Positions 26,001 to 38,000 of a stretch of 64,000 nucleotides of DNA are shown here, in pieces. The DNA is from Carcharhinus amblyrhynchos. Its lineage: Eukaryota. Position numbers and translations under genes: made by a program. Positions within the stretch are counted from its first letter, which is position 1, and each line of letters starts with the position of its first letter. The notes under the pieces were generated by a model. That model was not told the origin of the DNA. It searched no databases and saw only the letters and a list, made by a program, of their open reading frames with translations. The DNA is taken from assembly GCA_965287045.1 (NCBI GenBank), contig OZ336895.1, forward strand, positions 24,118,001 to 24,182,000. The letters are read 5' to 3'.

Positions 26001-29000
26001 ACAGCAAGCTCCACTGAATCACCCACACCTGAATCAACAACAATAACAACATCAATCCCTTCAACAAGTGGTGAGTATGAATGCTCCCTACTCAGTTGTA
26101 GCATTCTGAACTCATCCACCGAGTGCATTTATAAATATACATTTTGAAATTTAACAAAATAATATGGCAGAATGTTGGCTACGTGTATTCAGAGTAGAAT
26201 AATGTGCAAATGCCATGCTTTGATACCTGCTTTGCGAGGTTGCAAGTCCAAAGATGCACGGGTTAGCTTGATTGTCCATGCTAAAATTGCCTTTTAGTGT
26301 CCTGAGATATGTAGGTTAGAGGGATTAGCGGGTAAGTATGTAGGGATATGGAGGTAGGGCCTGGGTGGGATTGTGGTTGCTGCAGACTCGATGGGCCAAA
26401 TGGCCTCTTTTTCAGCAGTGTAGGACTTCTATGATTACATTAGATAGTTACACTGTATATCAGATGAAGAAGCTGGATCATCAGCGATAAAGTTAGAGTG
26501 TTGTTTCAGACATTTTGTATAACCCTTTAAGCCTGTCATTTATTTTAATAACTGCAGCAACAGAACAGTCAACTGCGAACATACAGACATCTAGTGCAGC
26601 ACAAACTACTGCATCAGTTCCTCCCTCAACAAGTACAATTGCATCAACAACTACACTGAGCTCAACAGAAGCAGTGATAACTGCAGAAGCATCAACCGCA
26701 ACATCCATCCCTTCAACAAGTAGTGAGTATAAGAGTGCTCTCTTTTCAGTTTTAACATCTCGAACTAAGTATAGAAACAACTAATTCAATGTATCTAAAG
26801 CAAGCCCCAAGGAGTTTGGATATGCTCATTCCAGTTTTCTTAACATGCCTGGCTAACAACAAAATAGTAAATCTTTTACTTCCCCCGACTCCAACTACAA
26901 AAGCTCAGAATTGAAATTTAACAAAATAACTCAGCATCAGTTCTGCATTTGTCTCGGCACAGGATTAATGGTATGTAAAAGAACATTGGTGGTCTAATGC
27001 TGTCACAACTCCAGGCCATTTTATCCTGCTCACTATCATTCATTATGCATGTGCTTTGAGAAAAATTACATCACAAATATGAAGAAAGATAAAAGGAGAT
27101 TTTCACAGTAACTTCATTGCAGTGTTAATGTAAGCTTACTTGTAACACTAATAAGTAAACTTTAAAAACAGCAGAAGGTGACAAATGCAAACCGATGGTG
27201 GGAGAATAGAAATCTCTACTGATAAGACCACTCAAAGCAATGTCTCACAAGATGAACAGTGAAAACTATACTTTCACGATGCTCAGCTACATCTGAGCCA
27301 ATAAGTTACAATCTGTACTGGGATGCATTTATATTATTTGACCTCAATTTTCTTTGCATTTTATAATGGCACCCCCAGTGTACCTGCAACAGTCAATCAA
27401 AATCAGCAAATACAAGCGCCTTCCTGCCCTGACATTCTGGTTAAGAAACCGAGCTCAGACATACCCACATTTTGAGTGCTAATTTTTTAATTTTGTGGTA
27501 TGGTGGCACAGTTGTTAGCACTGCTGCCTCAGAGCATCAAGGATCCAGATTCTGACCTTGGTGATTGTCTGTGTGGAGTTTGTGCATTCTCCCTATGTTT
27601 CGTTAGGTTTCTTCCAGTGCTCCATTTTCCTCCCACACCCTAAAGATATGCAGGTTAGGTGGATTGGCCATTGTGCCTTAGTGTGAGGGGAATTACTGGG
27701 GGAAATATGTGGGGTTACGGGGATAAGACTTGGTTGGGTTGTTGTCAGTGCAGGCTTGATGGCCCGAATAACCTCCTTCTGCACTGTAGGGATTCTATGA
27801 TTCTAATTTTTGCCCCTAATGATGCAAAATGGTGTCAGTGGTACATGTTACCAAATGTCATCAAGGTGCCTGTGTCAGTGTTTGTGTAGTGAATGACCAC
27901 CAGAAGCATGCAGAACAGATAGTAACGTCCATCAGCGTTCAACATCATTATGATTGCAGTGCTGCCATTCCATAGGATTCCAACTGAGCAGAAAAAGGTA
28001 ATTCAGCCCATCGAATCTGCACCAACTCTCTGAAAGGGCATCCCACTCATGGCCTCCCCTTCCCTCTGTTCTATCCACATAACCCCATAGATATATCATG
28101 GCTAATCCACCTAGCCTACACATCTTTGAACATAAAAGGGCAATTTTAGCATAGCCTATTCAACTGACATGTAGAGCTTCAGTGCTGCAGCCGATGCGCT
28201 CTAGTGCTCTTGAGCTCACACAGCTTGTTATTTCGTTCAATAACAATATACATCCATTTTAATCACAGCAGCACAAACATCGACAGCCAACACACAAACC
28301 TCCGTGTCAACATTGATTTCAATAACAGCTCCCACTTCAACAAGTACAACAGCACCAATTGCAACAGTGAGCTCCAGTGAAGCATCCACAACTGAAGCAA
28401 CCACACGAGCAACCTCAATCCCTTCAACAAGTGGTGAGTGTGAATGCTCTCTTGTAAAGTGCACAATTCCAAATCATTTTAAATCAACTGCAATTTCAGA
28501 AATAAATAATGTAACAGCAGGTTAAAATATGTTGTTGGCTACAATTACACAGGGGGTATGATGTCCAAAAGATATTTGGCGAATAATGCTTTGCAACATG
28601 ACGATGTTATGTTAGTGACTAAGTTGCATATATATGATTTTATATGAGGAGGTGACTTTTCATTGAATAGCACAATTATGCAAGTCTTACCATGCAGAAG
28701 GAGGACATTTGGCCCATTAAGTCTGCTCTAGCTTTCCAAACACATTTTATGACTTGGCACCATTTTCACAAATATCAGAATGCTCTTTTATGTATTTTGG
28801 GTAACTCATTAAGACTAACTCCTACTTTAATAACAGCAGCAACAGAAACTTTAACTGCAAAGACACAGCCATTCACTGCAACACCAACCTCTACATCAGC
28901 TATTGGCTCAACAAGAATAACAGCATCAACAACCACAGTGATCTTGACTGAAGCATCAACAATGGAAGTAACAACAACTTCAACATCAAACACTTCAATA

Positions 29001-32000
29001 GCTGGTCAGTACACCATTCTTCTTATCAGGGGCACCATTCCCATTCCTTTAATTCCACTGGGATTTTAGAATCACAAAAAAGCAACAGATAAGAGTTACC
29101 GCTGACTACCAATGCACAGAAAAGAATAATGTTCAAATGACATCTGGTATTGTGCAGTCTTTGCCAATGGAGCCAATACAGTTATAGTGTGAACTTTTTA
29201 TTTAGTTTTTATTTATTATTGTCTCAATTAGGCCGACATGCACACTGCAATGAAGTTACTATGAAAATCCCCTAGTCGCCACATTCCAGCACCTGTTCAG
29301 ATACACTGAGAGAATTATGCATGGCCAATGCACCAGCCAGCATGTCTTTCAGAATATGGGATGAAACCAGAGGAAGCCCATTCAAATATGGGGAGAACAT
29401 GCAGACTCCGCACAAACAATAACCAAAGCTGGGAATCAAACCTGGGTTGCTGGTGTTGGAAGGCAGCAGTGCTAACCATTGTGTCACTGTGCCATCCATG
29501 GCACTTAGGTTACTTAGTACAAATACAATGTCTCAAAAATCCAACATTGGAATTTAAATTTATGACAAGCAGTGTATATTTCTTGTTTATTATATCCTGA
29601 TTTTTTGAGGATTTTTCAATCTGATTTCCTGCACATAGACACTTGAGATCCTCTATAGAGGGCTCCATAGTTAGAATGACAGAGGATGGGTAGAAATGTC
29701 TGCTGAGAAGTTCACTAAAGGTCTGTGGGAAACAATGCTGGAAGTGAGCTTTCAAAGTTGTTCCTTTGCCACTCCTAGCAAAACTTTGAACGAAAGATTA
29801 TAATCTTTCCTTGAATAGATATAAATTTTTTGACTTCTCTTTGCATTGCGTCTTGTTATTTTATAGTGGAACCTACCATCGTGCCTGTAACAGTCAATCC
29901 AAATCAAGGAACAAAGCCAAAAGAATTTAATGTAACCTTCACCGTGCTCAACCTGCCATTCACACCAAATCTACAAAATCTCACTTCAGCGTTGTACACG
30001 ACTGAATCGAGGAACATTGGTGACAAGGCAAGTCTGCTATCTGTGTCAGTTGAGAAGGAAATATTCTATTCCATTGCATGATCATACTAAAATGCAACAA
30101 TTTATTTTCTACAGCTCAATAATCTGTATGCCAGCAGCAACGTTAGAGTGGCATTCCTGAGTTGTCAGTCTGTATCATTCAGGTAAGAAATTAACAATTA
30201 CTCTGAAAGATTTATTATGTAAAATAACCATGACTTTTAACGGGCATCTTGACAAATACATGAAAAGGATGTGAATAGAGGGAAGTGTAGGGGGTTTTAG
30301 TTCAATCAGACAGCATGGTCAGTGCAGGCTTGGAGGGCCAAAGGGCCTGTTCCCGTGCTGTAATTTCCATTGCACTTTGTTCTTTGTATAATCAAAATAG
30401 GGTTAGAAAATGAATTTCTCAATGTTACAACCTGCCTCACAAACTGAAAGCTACTCAAATTACTGTAAATGTGGAACTCTGATTTGCTTCCTACCTCTTG
30501 GATTCTAAGAAGTGACTTTAACTTAGTAATTAAAAAACGTACTTGTGGATACATGTGTTGCAATATCCTCTTTTAGGTAATTGCAATTCTCCTGAAATAT
30601 TACAGCAGGCACAAACACAGAGTTTGATAGATCGAAGCCAATACACTTATTAACAGACTTGCTGATTGGTATCTTGTTCAAGACAACAATAAAGGAACAG
30701 AAATTAGGATTGAAATTCTCTGCACCCTCCCTTGGAGTGGGCTAGCAGTGAGAGACAAAATATTGGGAGACATATGGCAGTAGCAGACCGAGTATTAGTG
30801 CACCCGCTTGCTTGTAAACTAATTGAGGCCCTTAATTTGCCAAGTAATTGGCTCATAAGGGGCTGTTCTCACCACTGCTCATATTTTACCAAAGGCAGGG
30901 TTGCCCAGGGCACCCTGTAAACAATGGAGCTGCCATCACCATTTCCCTCCCACAAGTAACTCCCCTCTAGCACTATGTGCTCCCCCCAATACTCCCCCTA
31001 AGCAATCTTCAAATCCGCCCCTTCCCCACTCACTGGGTCTAGCCTGGATAGCCAAAGTAAAATATGTAGCTGCACATCTGGCTCTAAGGCTCCTCTTGAA
31101 GGGTAGCTGTCTGTGGTCCTAATGGCAATGATTACTTCTTGTGACATTGCTGGGAATGGAGGACCGCTGCCATCTTATTAGCCAACAGCTGTCAAAGGGA
31201 GGCTTCAGGTTCAACAGTGGCTATGGTTCCACCTGAGACAAAATGCTAGGTGGCTGACTGTAAAATTGGCTTTGCTGAGCTGGCCAGATGGAGATGGGAC
31301 AACACTGATTTTTAAACTGGGCAGGCAGGCCCACCGCCTCCTGATAAAATTGCCTCGTATCAATCATAATAGTTTGCTGTTTGTGCTTAAGATGTTAAAG
31401 TAGCGGGTACACAGGATTTTGACTCAACTAATGCTGTTGAGGGATGCACTTGTAAATGATTGGAAAGTAATGGGGGTCACATCTTCTCCCAATGCTTTAT
31501 CTATTGTGACAGAGAGGTGGACAAGTAAGCTGAATCTACAGGAAGGCTTCAGCAATTATCCATTGACTTGGGTCACATTCCAAATGCAGCTCCTCCACTA
31601 AACTGGCATTGAGCTCTGGAGCAAATCACCTGCCATTGAATAAGCTTAGTCTTCTCATAACATACAGAATTGTGCAATATTCCTCACTGTCTTTCCAAAT
31701 ACCATGCAATGTACCAACATTTGAGGCATTATAATTATTTTGATGGATGCAGGAATCTGTACGGCAAATAATTTAAACAGAAACATCACTTTCTAATGTT
31801 GAAAGCTAGTGGTCTGTAATTTTCAGGGTTTATGATGACAGTAAGTCAGCTTTCACCATTTCCCCCTCTGTGAACCTGAACACGACTTCAAAATTTAATG
31901 CAATCGTTGATTAATGGGGAAATGAGCAAGTTGCTGCCCCAGAACAGGGTTAAATCAGTCTGCTCTGTGCATTGAAGAACCCTGTGATCCCACATCCCCA

Positions 32001-35000
32001 CTCCCAGTACACCCAGTGCCAGCAACAATTGAGAACACCCCCTTCTGCTCTTACATTGCTAAAATTATCTCCCATAAACATTAAGCTTGATTATGATGAG
32101 TTGTAACTGAGTTTTTCATTTCCTGGTTGGCTGTCTGTGGGAATTCTTTAATGTTAGAGGCTCTTTGGACATCTTGAGGACATTGGCACTAGCAGCCTCC
32201 ATTGTCTAATGGTACCAACAACTGCACATTGAGAAATGTGTCAGTTTTTGCCACTGAGATTGTGAGATCTCTCAGTGAGGTTTTCTATTATGTCAGAGGC
32301 TCTCGTTTCACTGCAAGCATCAGACAATTCAATGATTCAGTGTTAGGCTTAACGTTTTGAAACTAATTAACCGCCTGTTATTTATATATGGCAGGCCTGC
32401 AATTGATGGCAACAGTACAGTTGAGGCAATCTGCACTTTCAAAAGGAACGCTGCCCAGCCAGTTGATAAAGTTCTACTCTACCATGAATTCCGAGACAAC
32501 ACGCAGGGCATCACCACCTTAGGAACGTATTCACTGGACAGCAACAAACTCTACGTCAATGGTACCTACGTCGTTTTAATTAAGTAGCTATGTACCTTTA
32601 CTGTAACCAATTAAAACTTCATCTCATAGGCTGTATCCTACAGCTGTATCATCAAAACCTTCCTCACAAACAATGCCCCCTACGTACTAGTCACTTGGCT
32701 CAGTCTGAACCCTGAACCTGCCTTCCATCTAAAGGTCAGATATGGGGATGGTCGCTGATGATTCCACAATGTTCAGCACATTTGCAATTCCTCAGATACT
32801 GGCTAGTCCTTGTCTAAATGTAGCTAAATCTGGACAATAGCCAGGCATGGGCTAACAAATGGGCAGTAACGTTTGTGTCACACAAATTCCAGCTAATGAT
32901 TATCTGTAAAAAGGGAAAATCAAACCTTTGCTGCTTGTCATTCAATTGGTATTAACTGAAATCCTCACTATCAACATCATGGGGGAGGTTACCATTGTCC
33001 AGAAATGGAACTGCATTAGCGGTATAAATGCTGTGGCTATCAGAGCAGATCATTGGCATAGGAATAATGCAACATGTAACTCACCTTCTGCCTTCCCAAA
33101 GCCTGTCCACAATCTGCAAGGCTCAAGTCAGGAGTGTGAAGAAATACACTAGCCTTGCCTGGATGGCTGCTACTTTAACAGTATTCAAGAAGCTTCACAT
33201 CATCCAGGACAAAGCAGCCACTTAACTGTTAACCATTCCACAAACATTCAATTCCTCCCTCACTGTCGAAGAGTGACAGCTGTTTGTATTAACTACAATA
33301 GGGGCTGCAGGAACTCACATAGGCTCCTTAGACAGCACCTTCCAAACCTTCAACCAGTATCAAATATTAAGGGCAACAGAGATGTGGGAACAGCCACCTA
33401 CAACTTCCCCTCCTGACTTATAAATATATCACATTCCTTCAGTGTTATGGCACACCTTCCCTAACAGCACTGTGGGTGCACCTACATCACATGGACTGCT
33501 TCAGTTTAAGAACACAGCTCACCATCATGGGCAACTAGAGACAAGACATTAATGCTGGCCTATCCATCAACGCCCAAATCATTCAAATGATTTTTTTATA
33601 TCCTGGTCTACTGGTTCTCTGCCACTCTGCTTTCTCCACACGGTCGGCTGCCACGGTCAGTCAAATCACTCTCACTCATTACTGATTAGTTGACTCCAAA
33701 TTATTTCTCAGTTGATTTCTTCTTATTCGTTTGTAACCCAAAATAAATAACAGACACACAAATTATTGCAACATCCATTTTAGCATGTTCAAAAGTTTAA
33801 TCTCTTACAAGGTGTGAAGTGTCTTATCCAAGTCATCATATGTTTCAGACCTGGGTTTAATTCATATGAAACTCGTGATTAAATCCAATTTTAAAAGTAT
33901 TTTAACCAGCTTCATTTAACAGTCCAAATATATTTGCTTTTTTTTAGGTTACCATGAATCAGCTGCCTTAACCAGTAAGTATGATAACTAAAATTAAAGC
34001 AGAATACTACAGATGCTGGAAGTCTGAAACAAAAATAGACATTGCTGAAAGGTTTCAACAGGTCTGACAGCGTCTCTGGAGAGAGAAATAAAGTTAATGT
34101 TTTGAGTCCAAGTGACTCTAGTTCAGTGTATGATAACTACCTCTGTTCATTTATTATTGTGGTTTAATACCCTTACAAATGTAGCAGTGAGTCAGTTTCT
34201 TGGGTAACCTTAACAACCACCAGACCTGAGTAAAGAAGTGGAAAGGTATCCTCTGTCTGATAGTGAAACTGTAAGCACACTCTTCAGCAATTTGTTTAGG
34301 ATGCTGCTCGAATTAACACACCACCTCAAACCTTCACTGTTGTTTGAGCAGTGGGTCAGTTGGTGGCATGAACATCTCTGCCTCGGAAGCATGCAGGTTC
34401 AAGTTTCATTGTAGGACTTAAACGTAACAATCTACATTGACACTCCAGTGGAGTGCTGCACTGTTGGAGTTGCAGCCCCTCCATTGGACGTGAAAGATTC
34501 CACACACTGTTTTGAAAAAGAGTGGGAGATTGTCCTTCAATCGCCACCACAAAACTCCAGTGATCTGCTCATGTTCACATTGCTCCATGTGCTTTTCCTC
34601 AGTTACAAGAATGGTCAGACTTCAACTAGTTCAAAGTGCTTTGGGAAGTCTGATAGTTATTAAAGGTGCTGTACGAATGCAAAAAATTCCTTTTTTCTTC
34701 CTTTTTATTGGAATAAGCTGGATGCTAAAACATAAATGGCTGGGATCAGATTGTTAAAACGTTTAAAATTTAGGAATTGAAATTCCGATTGCTTGAAGTT
34801 CTGGTGGATGAGTAACATGGGAATCGAAGGTGAAGTCTGGAGCTGGATAAATCATTCCATCAGTAACTCCAGAGATTACACTGAGCATGTAAATTTTTAA
34901 CTCAACTGTCTCTATATTTACTTCAATTATAACAGAACAATTATACATTCTTAATGGACAAAATGTCCATTAATGCCAAAAAAGTTCTACATCTCATCAG

Positions 35001-38000
35001 TTCCTACCAATTCCACCTTGTTAAAAATGCTACGTAATAAAATGAAATATATTCCTGGATTAAATACGAAATGATTTGTGTAGAAAAATATCATACACAA
35101 CTGTAATTTTGATCATATTCCCCAGATTATAAAAAGATTTGTCAGTGGATGATAATGTAGGATTTTCGTGACTAAATGTTAAACATTGACAATGAAAACT
35201 TTTTAACAGAAAGGTTAAACCATTCAAAATTAATCTGTTTTAAAACCTCTACTAAAATATCAGAGATTGCAGGTATTGAAGAAAAAGGGAATAGAGGAAT
35301 ATCAGAGTCAAGCAGAAAGAAGTAAGCAATGAGGAGAAATTTGTTTGGAGTATAAAAACTGCATAGACCAGTTAGGCTGAATTGGATGCTGCTGCTCCAT
35401 ACATTTGGTTTGAAATATCCAAATTTTGAGCAATCAGTGCAAAACAGTGTTGACAGTAAATGTTACTGAATGTCATCAAGGTGCATGTGTCAGTGTGAGT
35501 ATAGTGAATGAGCACCAGAAGCATGAAGAGTAAGCAGATAACAACATTCATTAGCATGCAACACTGATTTGACCATGACTCTGCCATTTTGGAGCACAAT
35601 GCTTCAGCCAATGTGCTCTAGTGCTCTTAAACTCACACAGCTTATTATTTCACTCAATAACAATGTACATCCATTTCAAACACAGCAGCAGAAACATTGA
35701 CAGCCAACACACAGACCTCCGTGGCAACACTGACTTCAACTACAGCTCCCGTTTCAACAAGTACAACAGCACTAATTGCAACAGTGAGCTCCAGTAAAGC
35801 ATCTACAACTGAAGCAACAACACACGCAACCTCAATCTCTTCAACAAGTGGTGAATATGAATGCCTTCTTGTGAATTGTGCTGTTCTCATTCATTTTAAA
35901 TCCGTGACAATTTCAGAAATACATCATGTAACAAAGCACTGTAGTATGAATTAGGTAACAATTACACAGGTAGAATATTATCCAAAAGACATTTGGTGAA
36001 TAATATTTGCAACATAGTTATGTTACATTATATCTAAGATGGTGACTTTGGCAATAAATGTTTGGATGTTCCATCTATTTTGTATACCTCATGAAGTCTC
36101 AAACCTACTTTAATAACAGCAACAACAGAGACTTATACTGCAAAGACACAGCCATTCACTGCAACACCAACCTCAACATCAGCTGTTGCTTCAACAAGAA
36201 CAACAGCATCAACAACTACAGTGATCTTGACTGAAGCATCAACAATGGAACTAACAACAACCTCAACATCAAACACTTCAATAGCCGGTCAGTACACAAT
36301 TCTTTCTATCGGGGTACCATTCCCATTCCTTTAATTCTACTGGGATTCTAGAATCACTAAAAAGTAACAACAAATAAGGGTTAATGCTGACTACCATTGC
36401 ACAGAGTAGAATGTTCAAATGACGTCTGGTATTGTGCAATCTTTCCCAGTTGAGCCAAAACAGAGTTATAGTGTAAACTTTTTATTTATTACTGTCTGAA
36501 TTAGGCCTACATTCACACTGGAATGAAGTTTCTATGAAAATCCCCTAGTCACCACATTCCAGCACCTGTTCAGGTATTCTGAGGGAGAATTTAGCATGGC
36601 CAATGCAGCTAACCAGCATGTCTTTCAGAATGTGGGATGAAACCAGCAGAAGCCCATTCAAGTACACAGAGAACGTACAAATTCTGCACAAATAGTGACT
36701 CAAGCAGGAATCAAACCTGGGTCCCTGGTGTTGGAAGGCAACAATGCTAACCATTGTGTCACCGTGCCATTCATGGCACTTGGGTTACTTAGTACAAATA
36801 CAATGTCTCAAACTGAGAACCTCTGAATTTAAATTTATGACAAGCAGTGTATATTTCCTGTTTATTACATCCTGATTTGGCTTTTTTGGGGATTTTTCAA
36901 TCTGATTCCCTAATCATAGACACCTGAGATCCTCTGTAGATTCCAGACTGACAGAGGATGAGTAGAAATGTCTGATGAGAAGTTCACTAAAGGTCTGTGG
37001 GAAACAATGCTGGAAGTGAGCTTTCAAAGTTGCTCCTTCGCCACTCCTAGCAAAACTTAGATCAAAAGATTACAATCCTTCCTTGACTAGATATAAATTT
37101 TTTGACCTCTCTCTGCATTGTGTCTTGTTATTTTATAGTGGAACCCACCATCGTGCCTGTAACAGTCAATCCAAATCAAGGAACAAAGCCAAAAGAATTT
37201 AATGTAACCTTCACCGTGCTCAACCTGCCATTCACACCAAATCTACAAAATCTCACTTCAGCGTTGTACACGACTGAATCGAGGAACATTGGTGACAAGG
37301 CAAGTCTGCTATCTGTGTCAGTTGAGAAGGAAATATTCTATTCCATCGCATGATCATACTAAAATGCAACAATTTATTTTCTACAGCTCAATAATCTGTA
37401 TGCCAGCAGCAACGTTAGAGTGGCATTCCTGAGTTGTCAGTCTGTATCATTCAGGTAAGAAATTAACAATTACTCTGAAAGTTCCAAGTCAAACTGCATA
37501 TGTTGAAAGTGACCTGGATTTATTATGTAAAATAACCATGACTTTTAACGGGCATTTTGACCAATACATGAAAAGGATGTGAATAGAGGGAAGGGTAAAG
37601 GGTTTTAATTTAGTCAGGCAGCATGGTCAGTGCAGGCTTGGAGGGCCAAAGGGCCTGTTCCCATGCTGTAATTTCCATTGCACTTTGTTCTTTGTATAAT
37701 CAAAATAGGGTTAGAAAATGAATTTCTCAATGTTACAACCTGCCTCACAAACTGAAAGCTACTCAAATTACCGTAAATGTGGAACTCTGATTTGCTTCCT
37801 ACATCTTGGATTCTAAGAAGTGACTTTAACTTTAATTTAAAAACATACCTGTGGATACACATGATGCAACGTCCTCTTTTAGGTGATAGCAATTCTCCTG
37901 AAATATTACGGCAGGCACAAACACAGAGTTTGATTGATCGAAGCCAATATACTTATCAACAGACTTGCCGATTGGTATCTTGTTCAAGACAACAATAAAG

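Larger units (their letters stand above)
1..27085. repeat. Complex tandem array of exon+intron units with higher-order repeats
   Basis: Introns are paralogous along with exons. 1-3110 recurs at about +8290. An A-C-A-B-A-B unit recurs from 12480, 15754 and 18843 (period about 3.1 kb). Confidence 0.92.

Noticed and set aside
47-26784. A family of small single-exon secreted or GPI-anchored proteins (signal-like MxxSLSLSPILI starts, hydrophobic EYTSALLSVLTSLCIP tails)
   Set aside because: These flanks are translated T-rich intron. Starts are often non-ATG, and stops fall at inconsistent places (EYTSAL*, ECSSALS*, SGE*), whereas the AG and GT boundaries are constant. Intronic polyadenylation cannot be excluded without 3'-end data.
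1-27085. CRISPR-like array or non-coding satellite
   Set aside because: The sequence between repeats is itself paralogous rather than unique, the context is eukaryotic, and the conserved cores are spliceable, frame-preserving exons.
19-28993. Dozens of Val/Asp/Ala-rich minus-strand ORFs (VVDASVELSVVVDAIV...)
   Set aside because: Antisense shadows of ACA/GCA/TCA-rich codons. They track the + exons exactly and conserved splice signals are on the + strand.
30715-31350. GC-richer intronic blocks (also about 38020-38630, 51850-52470, 53310-53875, 58840-59200, 60920-61310) as exons or regulatory islands
   Set aside because: No phase-compatible exons or recognisable protein. Probably old non-autonomous repeats, but ends and family cannot be supported by eye.
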